This document shows positions 12,762 through 25,117 of a DNA stretch of 64,000 nucleotides, one piece after another. Origin of the DNA: Octopus sinensis (Eukaryota). Both the position numbers and the translations under genes were made by a program. Numbering within the stretch: position 1 is the stretch's first letter; every line of letters starts with the position of its first letter. The notes under the pieces are model-generated. The model had not been told where the DNA came from. It saw only the letters and a program-made list of their open reading frames with translations, and ran no database searches. The stretch lies in assembly GCF_006345805.1 (NCBI RefSeq), contig NC_042998.1:154318001-154382000 (forward strand), given 5' to 3'.

Positions 12762-14799
12762 CATACCCAATGACTGGTGTAGCAGCATAATAGTCAACTG
12801 CTACAAAGGTAAAGGTGACGCCCTAGATACAAATAATTACAGAGGTATCAAGCTGTTGGATCAGGTAATGAAGGTTACGGAGAGGGTCATGGCCCAACTA
12901 ATAAGAGAGAGAGTTAGTTTAGATGAGATGCAGTTTGGATTCGTGCCAGGGAAAAGCACACTGATGCTATATTCCTGGTAAGACAGCTGCAGGAGAAATA
13001 TCTAGCCAAAGATAAGCCCCTGTACCTGGCTTTTGTTGACATGGAGAAAGCCTTTGACAGGGTCCCCCGATCCCTTATCTGGTGGTCAATGAGGAAACTA
13101 GGGATAGATGAATGGTTAGTGAGAGCTGTGTGAGCCATGTACAGGGACGCTGCTAGTAAGGTGAGGGTTGGCAACGAGTACAGTGAAGAATTCCGGGTAG
13201 AGGTAGAGGTCCACCAAGGTTCAGTACTCAGCCCCCTCCTATTTATCGTAGTCCTCTAGGCAATAACGGAGGAATTCAAGACAGGATGCCCCTGGGAGCT
13301 CATCTATGCTGATGACCTTGCTCTAATTGCTGAGTCACTATCAGAACTGGAGGAGAAGTTTCAGGTGTGGAAGCAAGGATTAGAATCGAACGGCCTTAGA
13401 GTCAACCTAGCTAAAACCAAAATCCTAATAAGTAGGAAGATAGACAAGTCACAAACACATTCAGGTAGATGGCCTTGCTCGATCTGTAAGAAAGGCGTAG
13501 GTAGAAACTCTATAAGATGCACCAAGTGTAAGCTATGGACACATAAGAGGTGCAGCAACATCAAGGGAAGGCTAACTAGGAAGATAGTTTTTGTATGTGG
13601 CAGATGCTCAGGAGCAATAAACACTGAAAATGTGCAGAGACCAACTTCCGCCACATTCCAGGGAGAAAAACTAGAAGTAGTTGATAGCTTCCGTTACCTA
13701 GGTGACCAAGTCAGTAGTAGGGGTGGGTGTGTTGAAAGTGTAACTGCTAGAGTAAGAATAGCTTGGGCAAAGTTCAGAGAGCTCTTACCTCTGCTAGGGA
13801 CAAAAGGCCTCTCGCTCAGAGTAAAAGGCAGACTGTATGATGCATGTGTACGAACAGCCATGCTACATGTCAGTGAAACATGGGCCGTGACTGCTGAGGA
13901 TATGCGTAAGCTCGCAAGAAATGAAGCCAGTATGCTCTGATGGATGTGCAATGTCAACATTCATACTCGACAGAGTGTAAGTACCTTGAGAGAGAAGTTG
14001 GACCTGAGAAGCATCAGTTGCGGTGTGCAAGAGAGAAGTTTGCGCTGGTATGGCCATGTGGCGAGAATGGACGAAGATAGTTGTGTGAAAAAGTGCCACA
14101 CCCTAGCTGTTGAAGGAACCTGTGGAAGAGGCAAACCCTGGGATGAGGTGGTGAAGCACGACCTTCGAACTTTAGGTCTCACCCAGGAAATGACTAGAGA
14201 CCGAGACCTTTGGAAGTATGCTGTGCGTGAGAAGACTCGGCAGGACAAGTGAGACCATAACCTATGGCCTCAGTCCACTTATGCATACCTTTCCTTCTTG
14301 GGACACAAAACTCTACTTGTGAAGACCTGTTGAGGCAAGTGAAAATCAAAATCAAAATCAAAATCAAAAATCAAAATCGATTGACCAACATGAATGGAAA
14401 TTGTAGCTGTGATACCAGTGCTGGTGGTACAAAAGAGAACCATCCGAACGTGGTCGTTGCCAGTGCCGACCCCGACTGGCTTCCGTGCCGGTGGCATGTA
14501 AAAAGCACCATCCGATTGTGGTCGTTTGCCAGTCTCACCTGGCCTCCATGCCGGTGGTACGTAAAAAGCACCATCCGATCATATCCGTTTGCCAGCATCG
14601 TCTGGTACCTGTGCCGGTGGCACATAAAAAGCACCCACTACACTCATGGAGTGGTTGGCGTTAGGAAGGGCATCCAGCCGTAGAAACATTGCCAGATCAG
14701 ACTGGGCCTGGTGCAGCCTTCTGGCTTCCCAGAACCCAGTTGCACCGTCCAACCCATGCCAGCATGGAAAGCGGACGCTAAACGATGATGATGATGATG
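12762..14799 (+). mobile_element. 5'-truncated RTEX LINE (RT, PHD finger, 3' UTR, (GAT)n), probable TSD ATGTAA
   Basis: NYRGIKLL, FVDMEKAFDRV, YADD, C4HC3 motif WPCSIC...CTKC...HKRC...CGRC, LRWYGHV; ATGTAA at 12756-12761 and 14797-14802; in-frame stops and frameshifts. Confidence 0.93.
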
Positions 14800-15489
14800 T
14801 AAAATAAGATAATAGATATAATTATTATTTTTTATTTTTATTTTGGTTAGTTTTGATAAACTATTATGATCTGTTTAATTAACTTTCTGACCCCATATCG
14901 TTTTGAAACAGGCCTAACGGATGCGTTTAAAAGAATTAGCCAATTGGAAATAGATCAAGAGTTTACATGACCGCTCCCTGAACTTTAATATATTTTAAAT
15001 ATTTAATATGCATAGGTTAAATAGCCAATATCTTAAATGACTGCTCCCTAACCCCCAGTATAATTTTAAACATTGTTATATATTTAATATCCATACTTTA
15101 ACGCAAACCTCGGACTAAATTTAACTTGGACATGGAGTTTAGTTACTACTATTTTTTTTAAAACTAAATTTATTTGATTTTGTGGATATATACTTTAATA
15201 TCCATACAACAGCAATGTAAACACGGTGAAATTTAATATGCATATAACAGGGACTTATATTTTGTGGAACGGACCTTACCTGGACTCGTAATTCGGACTG
15301 AATGTTTTGGATGCTTGAATTTAGCCTATTCGTGTTAGCGGATGCATTATAAGCATTTATGTATTTAGTATTTGGGTACTTTACCAGCAATGTATTGGAT
15401 AACTGATATCGCATAGTGGGTTACCTTCATAACCACTTTCTTACTTTGTACTATATATATATATATGCATGTATGTATGTATATATGTT

Positions 15490-15672
15490 TGTCTGTATTT
15501 GTCCACCTACAATCACTTGACAACTGATGTTGATGTGTTTGTGTCCCTTAGCAGTTCAGCAAAAGTGACCGATAGAATAAGTACCGGGCTTACAAAATAT
15601 AAGTACTGGGGTTGATTTGTTTGACTAAAGGTGATGCTCCAGCATGGCCGCAGACAAACGACTGAAACAAAT
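15490..15672 (+). mobile_element. SINE fragment (core + CR1-like tail), no tRNA head visible
   Basis: gcaaaagtgaccgatagaataagtacc...tggggttgatttgtttgactaaaggtgatgctccagcatggccgcag...gactgaaac; the tail matches the CR1 tails in this window. Confidence 0.75.
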
Positions 15673-15679
15673 AGCGGAA

Positions 15680-16800
15680 TGATTCCGAGATGGGAGGGGG
15701 GTCCGGTTTTCCAAACACCCCCTTTTTTCCGAACAAAAATAAGGGGTTTGTAGCATATTTTTCCACGCAAAAAATTCTGAGTTTTTTTTTCTTAGTGAAA
15801 ATCATGCAGGTGAAAGTATCAAAATTCACTGAAAATGCTGGGTCGTGTGAATTTTCTGAAACTCCTCTCTCCAACCCCTCGGAAAAATTTTTTCCAACAA
15901 AAAAGGTTCATAAGTGCACCCTACCCCACCTCCTCCGTTTTCCACAGAAAAAATGCATTAACTATGATCACAAAAAAACGTTGAAAAAATCAGGACCGGA
16001 GGATTTCCAAGGGTGCACCCCAACTCACCCCCTCCGTTTTCCACAGAAGTAATGCATTTGCGGTATAAAAGGAGGTCAACTAAGATGATAATGTAACAAA
16101 ATTTTTCCCAGTGAAATCGGGGCCAGAAAAGGGAATTTCCGAGGTTCCGTCCCACACCTTCCGTTTTCCATGGACAAAATGCATTTCCTACACATTATGA
16201 GGTCAATTAAGACAATTGCAATGAAAAAACGCAGGAGACAGTCCCGGAAAGGAGAATTTCCAAAATCCACCCCACCCCTCCGTTTTCCACAGAAAAAATG
16301 CATTTCCAACAGCTTACGAGGTCAATTAAGATGGTTGTACTACACCCTCCCCCATAAAAAAATGCAGGAAAAAAGCTTATTTACTACCAAAATCGGTTAA
16401 TATAAAGATCTTAAACTGTTAACAAAAGCAAAAAAGACCCAGCCTGCTGAGTGTTAACAACTGTGTAGAAAACGAATATGACAAAAAAAATTTGTGCAAA
16501 CGCACCCAAGGGAGAGAACTTTCGGAAAATTCACAAGATCCAATATTTCAGTCATAACTTTCGGGAAAATGGATATTGATTTTTTTTTTTTTTTAACAGA
16601 ATCCCACGTTTTTGGTTATGGAGGATCCAATTCCCCAAAAAATTTCAAAAATCGCATTTTCAGAAGTGAAAATTGAAGTGGGGTGGACCCACTTCAATTT
16701 TCACTTTTTCCAGAAATTTTTTTTTTTTTTTTTTTTTTGCAAAATACGTAGATTAGGATTCTGAAAAATAATTGTTTGTAAAATTTCAAATTTTCAACAA
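15680..16800. repeat. Unclassified repeat with internal sub-repeats (ccctccgttttccacagaaaaaatgcatt)
   Basis: The motif recurs near 15930, 16030, 16160 and 16280; 16437-16665 is repeated in inverted form at 19603-19848. Confidence 0.6.
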
Positions 16801-16834
16801 AAATATATATATATATTATTGTCCCCTAATGAGT

Positions 16835-18350
16835 TTTTGTTCCATTTTTATATTTATATATATACATATAGCGACATACGTACTTGTGCTCACCTTATAA
16901 TAGGTATCTAAATTTTGTACAACTCTTACTCTATCTTTTAGTACCCCTCTTACTTTCTTCCTTTTTTTCTTTTTCTTGCACCTCTTCTCTCTCACATTTC
17001 TTGGCCCTCTCTTTAACTCCCACTATTTCCCACTTGTTTATCTCCCCTGTACCTTTCTCTTTATCTGATTATTTTCTAATCCTTCAATCCCGCTGCCCTC
17101 TATGTATCTCTCCTCCTTCCACATGACTGGTGTCTGGCCATCCATGATCTTTCTTTCTTGGCCTGACTGCCGACTGCCAACACCTCTTATGTCCATCTGC
17201 TATGTTCCTGCAGGGTTTCACTTCATACACACCAGCTCAATTGGATCCATTCTCAGTTGAAAGACACCTGTTGTTTTTTTCTTGTTTGTATTCATAATTG
17301 TAAACCATGTTTTCTGTTTTTTGTCTTTGTTGCTATACACATTTGCTAACTTTCTTACAAAGGAGTCTAATGCTCTTACCTTAGACTTTTTTTGAGGGCA
17401 ACCAGATCGAACCGTATCAAGTGTAACTGCCAGAAACGGTTGTGACTTCTGGTACTTGACTGAGGAAAGGCCACAAATGACCCATATTTTTTGCCTGTTC
17501 TTCTAATGTTGTTTCTCTTGTCTGCCTGTGTATCGACTATCTGTCTGAATGTTTTATTGCATTTTTGTTCCGTATATATATTTATATATACAAATAGCAG
17601 CATACATACACACTTGTGTTCACCTTATAATAGGTATCTAAATTTTGTACAACTCTTACTATATCTTTTAGTCCCCCTCTTACTTTCTTACTTTTTTTTC
17701 TTTTTCTCACTCCCCCCTCTCTCTCACATTTCTTGGCCCTCTCTTTAACTCCCACTATTTCCCACTCGTTTATCTCCCCTGTACCTTTCTCTTTGTCTCT
17801 GATTTTTTCTAATCCTTCAATCCTGCTGTCCCCTATACATCTCTCCTCCTTCCACATGACCAGTGTCCAGCCAGCCATGATGATCTTTCTTTCTTGGCCT
17901 GACTGCTGACCGCCAACACTTCTTATATCCACTTCCTATGTTCCTGCCTTTAGGCTTTCACTTCATACATGCCAACTCAATTGGATCCATTCTCAGTTGA
18001 AAGACACCTGCTGTTATTTTCTTGTTGTTTGTATTTGCAATTGTGTACCATGCTTTCCGTTTTTTGTCTTTGTTGCTGTAAACATTCACTAGCTTTCTTA
18101 CAAAGGGGTCTAATGCTCTTAGCTTAGACTTTTTGGGGGGCAACCAGATCGCACCATCTCAAGTGTAACTGCCAGAAACGGTTGTGACTTCTGGTACTTG
18201 ACTGAGGAAAGAAGGCCACGAATGACCCATATTCTTTTGCTTATCCTTCTAATTGTTGTTTCTCTTGTGCGTCTTTGTATTATCTATCTGTCCGATTGTT
18301 TTATTGTCCTCTATTGCGTTTTTGTTCCATTTTTATATTTAAATATATAT
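16835..18350. repeat. Diverged tandem duplication, two units of about 730-760 bp
   Basis: cttgtg.tcaccttataataggtatctaaattttgtacaactcttact at about 16883 and about 17612; the units stay colinear to ...ttttgttcc...tatattta at about 17565 and about 18320. Confidence 0.85.
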
Positions 18351-18980
18351 GTGGTGGATCTTGCATGCATGAAGTGGATTCGATCCATCATATCCAAATT
18401 TAAATTAACACTGCAACAGAACTTTTCCCACAGTGGAACAATGGCCTTTCTCTGACAGCAGTTTTACATTTTCCAGATGCCTTTAGCTAGGCTGAAATAA
18501 TGTCTTCACCACTTGACCCTTTCTAACCTCTTCTACTCCACCAAAAGCTAGAATAGAGATAACAAGACCACCAACTAAATCTAGTGTTCTCAATGATATA
18601 TCTATCCTTCTGGATAGTTATATAAGCCAGCACAACCCAAGCAAAAATCAGTTTGTCACAGTCGTGACGACTTAACGGAGTTAGTCACAATCGGTGACAA
18701 CTCAACAAGGTCTGGCTGACCAACCTTGGTCAGAGGGAGAAAGCAACTGTGAGACAACATCCTACAATTCATTCTAGCTCTAATTCTGTCCCTTACAACA
18801 TCATTCTATCTCTCTCTGTAATTACTACTACTAAACAATGAAAACTTCATGCATTGTTCATCTTACAACTTGCTGTCCTAACAACAACTTTTTATCATTG
18901 CATCTGCTGACCTGCACTTTGTAAGAAACGACCACAATCGGATGGTGCTTAATATTGAGTAACTAATCAATTTCTACCGT

Positions 18981-19030
<50 letters not shown>

Positions 19031-19049
19031 CCCAACACTCTTCCCTCCC

Positions 19050-19598
19050 AATTCTACAGCCTTGGCCTTCAGGCAGGCTATCCACATGCTAGAAATGACA
19101 GCCAAATCTCACAAAACTGCGATAATATAATGAACACTTATTAGACTGATTTTTTTTTTGTTTTCGCTTTAGTGACCGAGTGCTGCCGTGATCCTTTTAC
19201 TGTTTCACAATAACGCATGCAGAAACAGACAAAACACCCGTTCATTTACACTTTTAGACAGTGAGATGGAGGGGAGGGGGATTTGTTTCGGAGTTTTCCA
19301 TGAAAAATTTGAAATTAAAATTTTAATTTGTGTTTATTTTTTCCATATTCTTCATCTCCGTATTTTCCCACGTAGATTGATTGAAAAAAAAATTCGAAAA
19401 ATGTTTTTTAAAATATTTTAATTTCACGTGAATTACTTTGTCATACTACTGCGGGAAATTACTCTGAAACAAATATTTGCAGAAAGGTGAGTAGATTGAT
19501 TACATATTTTTTTCATTATGCTATCGCAGTTTTGTGAGATTTTGGCTGTCATTTCTAGCATGTGGATAGCCTGCTTGAAGGCCAAGGCCCGAGAATTG
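19050..19598. mobile_element. MITE-like element with ~85-bp terminal inverted repeats
   Basis: gccttggccttcaggcaggctatccacatgctagaaatgacagccaaatctcacaaaactgcgata at 19059-19124 is mirrored at 19512-19588; no clear TSD. Confidence 0.6.
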
Positions 19599-20922
19599 AA
19601 ATTTTGAAAATGCGATTTATTATTATTTTTTTTTTTGAGAATCAGATCCTCCATAACCAAAAACGTGGGATTCCGTAAAAAAAAATCTATATATATATAT
19701 ATATCCATTTTCCTGAAAGTTATGATGGAAAAATCGGATCTTGTGAATTTTCCGAAAGTTCTCTCCCCACCCCTCAGGTTCGTTTGCGCAAATTTTTTTT
19801 TTGTCATATTCGTTTTCTACACAGTTGTTAAGACCCAGCAGACTGGGTTTATTTGTTTTTGTTAATGGGTGAAGATAGGTCAAACTAAAGGGTCTGAGCC
19901 GGGCATTAAAAAACAAACAAAAAACAAAACACGGAATCAAGTCTGGTGCGAAACTATAAATTTACTCAAATCTTTACATACGCTCTACAGGATTTAAGCG
20001 ATTATTTGTTGAAAGCTTCGTCAAAAAGTATCCATTTTCTGGAAGTTAAGAGGCAACAAGGTCGAGGGGTATATATTTGTGGTTATGCCTAAAATCTTAA
20101 TTTTTATGACACCATATGTACACAAACCAACACAGCGGTATATAAACGGAAACAAAGAATATTTCGTAGTTTCCGTTATCTTCCCGATAGATTCAACGTG
20201 CTAAGACTTACATGCACAACTTACTGGAGTTATTTATTTTGTACACATTACTATCAGCGGTAATGTATTCGTATTCAACAAGAAGATGCAGCTTCTGCAC
20301 TACTTGTCAACAGCATATAGTGTTAAAGATTTTCATACGTTGCAAAATGATATCCATCAAAAGAGCAAACTTCACCACCACCACCCTTTTTTTTCTGATT
20401 CGTGGTTTTAAAATACGGACAGTCCGAATCTACCATTCGTTTCTCTTTATAAGCTCCAATTTTTTAAATACTTCAAAATCAAAAATGCGGGCGGAGGTAA
20501 AGAATACGTACACCACCAGTTTTCGGCGTAACAAAAACCCTAACCACTACGTGCACGTATTCTTTACTCTTGCCAATATGCGTAAATTCGTAAACATAAA
20601 AAAGTTATGAGGAGTTTTAGCACATGCTTACATCATAATACCGCCAAATCGTCAATTTCCATAAATACTTTCTTCTTCCAATCCTTACGTATAAAATAAG
20701 CGACAGTCATCTCGGGAAATCATGCTCGGGGGCTGGTGCGATTCTGCATTATCCCCGTTGCTAGTATCTTTAGAATTTATCACTCAAACCAAATGTAACT
20801 AAATGGTAATGTTGTCCGGCAACATTTTGTCGTTTGAGTCCGCAACGTTAGGGTACGTAAAGAAGAAATGTTTATATTGATAGTAAAGATGTTAATGAGA
20901 TTATTTTAATCCATGAACTTAC

Positions 20923-20975
20923 CTCCCTATAATAGCGACCTTCTCTTCTTTAAGCTGTGTCTTTTCAGAAGCCAT
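20923..20975 (-). CDS. Putative first coding exon of a Rossmann-fold dehydrogenase (candidate lambda-crystallin/CRYL1-like)
   Basis: ATG at 20975 gives MASEKTQLKEEKVAIIG-(AG) followed by a consensus donor GTAAGT (20922-20917); VAIIGS fits the start of GxGxxG; lies in unique CpG-containing sequence; not in the ORF track because it is too short. Confidence 0.55.
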
Positions 20976-21325
20976 CACGAAGAAACTTAGCAATTATTAA
21001 ACAATGTGATTAACTACTATGAAAATGCTATTTAGTAAATTTTAACAGTGACAACTAAAAATATCTCAATATACTCCAAGCAAAATAACCCTCGAATGGA
21101 TGTTCTTAATATCCCGCTACACAATAAAATGTAATGTACTTTTTATGCGAGATAATTCATTCATCCACTATAGTTTGTGTTTTTAATGTATTGTTATCTG
21201 ATTTCCGACTTTAGTCGTTCTCTCGCGTCCCAGTTATCTATTACCTTTCCCTCTTATCTGTTCTTGAAACGTTTACTTGGTAAACTTGTAGAACACGTAC
21301 GTAATGAAAATCCGTCCAGTATGAA

Positions 21326-21334
21326 ACGGAAGTG
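21326..21334 (+). promoter_or_regulatory. ETS-type motif ACGGAAGTG in the putative promoter upstream of the 20975 ATG
   Basis: Matches the CGGAAGTG ETS core about 350 bp upstream of the candidate start codon, in non-repetitive sequence. Confidence 0.35.
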
Positions 21335-21664
21335 ACATAGAGAATGGAAGCGTGTTAGCAGCCGATACACAGTATTTAATTCTTAATATTGTTACTAATA
21401 TATTTAATTATTAATATTGTTATTAATATGATGGCTACTAAAATTAATTAAAATTACCTAATTCACTGTTTTAACGTATATTTTATAAACACAACACCAA
21501 AGCCTAACTTACAATTGTTGCAATTTGTAAATCAAATAATTCACCATGTGTAACATATTTGGTCATGATTAGCTGGCAAATATTCTCTACGTTACTTCTC
21601 TTCCATTCAGTACCAGGGGTCATGGTTGGCATAGTCAACTTTTCATTTACTTTTATTTTATACT

Positions 21665-21775
21665 TATTTCAGTCATTGGACTGCAGTCATGTTAGACACC
21701 TCCTTGAAGGATTTAGTCGAACAAATCAAGTCGAGTACTTACTTTTAAAGTCTGGTACTTATTCTATCATTCTTT
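21665..21775 (-). mobile_element. Diverged SINE 3' fragment
   Basis: The reverse complement resembles 15570-15672 (gatagaataagtacc...gatttgttcgactaa...gcagtc.aatgactgaaa). Confidence 0.6.
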
Positions 21776-22050
21776 TTTTTTGTTGTTGTTGTTGAATTGC
21801 TAACTTACAGGGATATAAATAAAACATAATGGAGGATACAAAAACACTTGCACACACTGTGGAGGAAGGGAGAGGTGGGAAGGGATTGGAAGGAGGAGAG
21901 TATGTGAGCAAGATTAGAAGGTTGGCAGGCTTAGCAAGGTTTACTGGAGCAGCGATGGAGTGGGTGGTGAAGCTGGCTTTTGTGACCAGAAAGTGGAGAT
22001 ACCATAGGCACAATTGAAGATGAGGGCTTCCATGCTGAATTTGGCGAAAG

Positions 22051-22930
22051 ATGAACTGTGAAGTACTATTAGACAGAAGACACCCCACCCCCACTGCACT
22101 GAGAAACAGGGTGAGTTGTTATGAGCTCACCCTGAAAGGAGAAGCTAGGTTTGAGTTCAAGAGAGAGGTGAACAGATGGATAGAGGAGGGCATTTTGATA
22201 CCATGGAGAGAAGATGCAGTGTACTGCTGTTGATGGCTGTAGTTCAGCCAACAAAGAATAAAGTTCAACCAGTGCTGGACTTCAGGGAATTGATGAGCAC
22301 ATGTCTTATCATATTGGTGGTGAGGCAGTGGATGTGTGGAGGTGAGTGAGGGCAGCGACTATGATTGTTAACTTCAAGTCAGTTTGTTTGCAGCTCCACA
22401 TGTCAGAGAAGTTGTGGAGGTACCATCTAGTGAGGTACAGGGGCAGAACATACTGTCTAACTTGACTGAGTTCAGCACCAAATATCATGATAAAGGTCCT
22501 CAAGGTGGTTTTGGGAAAAGTAGCCAAAATGGAGCAGGCTACCAATTCATATATTGATGACATCCTGGTAGATGAGAGTGTGGCATTGGCGGAGGAAATT
22601 GTGAATCATTTTAATTGGTTTGGATTGACAGCAAAAAAAAAAAACAGAGGCTATAGAAGGGGGTATAGTGCTGGGGTTCAGGCTCAAAAGATATAAAATG
22701 GGTAAGCTTGTGTTTCACAGAGGAAATGAGATCCCAAACCTAAATCAGGATATGAATAGGTGAGGACTATTCTCAATGTGTGAGAAGCTGGGGGATCACT
22801 AACCTATTACAGGATCACTCCAAAAAGCATGTAGCTACATCAAAAGGCAAACAGAGGGAGTGAACTGAGGTGATAAAGTGGGAGAGAAGACAATTGCAAT
22901 GATGCAGGATGCCTTGGAGAGAGAGTGCGA
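22051..22930 (+). mobile_element. Decayed LTR-retrotransposon reverse transcriptase fragment (Gypsy-like)
   Basis: EVNRWIEEGILIPW, MAVVQPTKNKVQPVLDFREL, YRGRTYCLT, APNIMIKVL, NSYIDDILVDE across frameshifts. Confidence 0.7.
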
Positions 22931-23188
22931 GTTGAAGACAGCCTCTTTCTTAAAGTATGTTCTGACCCTGTACCTCACTAGATGGTACCTCCACAACTTC
23001 TCTGTGGTGAAGTCAAGTCATGTGCTGGGTGTGGTTGTAGTGTAGGTGTCCTTGCTGGCAAGTGGTTGGGAGAGCTTACACATGGTTACAACTGTGAGGT
23101 CTGGCTAGTTTACTGGTAAGGATTGTCGCAGATTGCAACTCAAAGTAAGAGCAACTTTATTTCATGCCTTACAACAGCAACACACACA

Positions 23189-25117
23189 CATCATCATCAT
23201 CATCATTTAACATTCGTTGTCCATGCCAGCATGATTTGGATGGTTTGACTGCGCTGGCATGCTGGAAGGCTGCACCAGATTCTAGTCTGATTTGGCATGG
23301 TTTTCTATGGCTGGATGCCCTTCCTAATGCCAACCACTCCAAGAGTATAATGGGTGCTTTTACGTGCCATCGGTACAGGTGCCCTTTGCATGATACCAGG
23401 GTGTGTTTACGTGCCACTGGCACAGGTGCCAATATGTGTGACACCAGTATCTGCCATGATTGTGATATTGCTCAGCTTGATGGGTCTTCCCAAGTGTGAC
23501 ATAATGCCAAATCTCTTGGTCATTGTCTCCGTGAGGCCCAACACTCAAAAGGAACTCAGCCACTTTGCCTCTGTCAGGCCCAACATTCAAAAGATGTTCT
23601 TTATGTGCCACTAGCATGGGTCCACTTGGCCTGATGGATCCTCTAAAGCACAGAACATTGTCAAAGGTTTCAGTCACCAGTCATTGCCCCTGTGAGGCTC
23701 AAAGTTCGAAAATCATGCTTCACCATCTCATCCCATGTCTTCCACAGTCTGCCTCTACCACAGGTACCCTCCATAGTTAAAGATTGGCACTTCTTTACAC
23801 AATTGTCCTCATCCATACACTTCACATGACCATACCAGTGCAGTTATCTCTCTTGCATACCACATCTAATTCCTCTTATGACCAACTTTTCTCTCAAGAT
23901 GCTTACACTCTGTCAAACATGCACACTGACATTGCACATCCAGCGAAGCATACTAGCTTCATTTCTCTCAAGCCTACACATAGCACATGTTTCACTGCCA
24001 TGCAGCATAGCAGTTCACACACAGGCATCAAACAATCTGCCTTTCACTCTGACAGAGAAGCCCTCTGTTGCCAGCGGGGGTAGGAGCTCTCTGAACTTTG
24101 CCCAGTCTAATCTTACTCTCACAGCTACACTCTCGGAGCATCCACCTCCACTACTAACTTGGTCACCTAGATAATAGAAGCTATCTACTACCTCTGGCTT
24201 GCACCCCCCCCCCTGGCAGTTGATGGAGTCTATTTTCTGTCTATTTTCAGCGTTTATTGTACCTGTGCACCTTCCACATACAAAAGTTAGTTTCCCTGTT
24301 AACCTTCCTTTGATGTTGCTGCACCTTTCATGTATCCAAAGCTTACACTGGGTGCATCATATGGAGTATCTACCCACACCTTTTCTACAGATTAAGCAGG
24401 GCCATTTACCTGAAGTGATTTGTGATTTGTCTGCCTTCCTACTTACTAAGACTTTCATTTTCGCTAGCTTCTCCTTGGCTAGATATACCTGTCTCCTAGC
24501 TTCCCTTCTGGCTATCTGATACAGTTCCCTGCTACCTGCACTCTTCCAGGCCTATTTCTTTGCTCTAATGGCCCTGTCTACAGTATTGTTCCACCACCAC
24601 ATTACCCTAAGTCTGGAAGGGATTTTGCACCAGCTACAGATTTGGTCTGTGACACTCTGCAAGCTGTCTTGCAGAAATTCCCAGTTGCCCTCTATGTCAA
24701 AAGTTTGTAGCTCCCCTCCCTCTCATCAAATTTCTCAATTAGGATGTCCCTAAATCTCTGACCATATGAAGGGTCCTTAAGCTTCCAAATCCTTCTTTTC
24801 CAGGTTGGTCTGCTTCTTGGCATCCTTCTGGCCTGGAGTCTAGAGTTACTAATGACTAGTCTATGTTGGGGGGGGGGGGCACATTCTTCACCAGGGAAGG
24901 TTTTTGTATCTCAGAGCAACCATGCATCCTGCTTCCTGGTGAGAATGAAATCGATCTGGCTAGCAGAGTCACCTGATTGATAGGTTATCAGGTGGCTGGC
25001 TGGCTTCCTGAAGTTGGTGTTGCAGATCAGTAGGTTATTTGCATCACAGAACTCCAGTAACTTTGTTCTCTCTTTGTTATGGGAACCAATTCCATGAACA
25101 CCATGGAAGATATCCAT
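23189..25117 (-). mobile_element. Older RTEX subfamily copy with internal deletions
   Basis: (CAT)n tail at 23189; LDWAKFRELLP, PHD remnants, and APE motifs LLEFCDANNLLICNTNFRK and SQIDFIL at the 5' end. Confidence 0.85.

Noticed and set aside
20680-20720. Alternative micro-exon ATGACTGTCGCTTATTTTATAC|gtaagg on the minus strand
   Set aside because: No recognisable peptide and a weaker donor; insufficient support.
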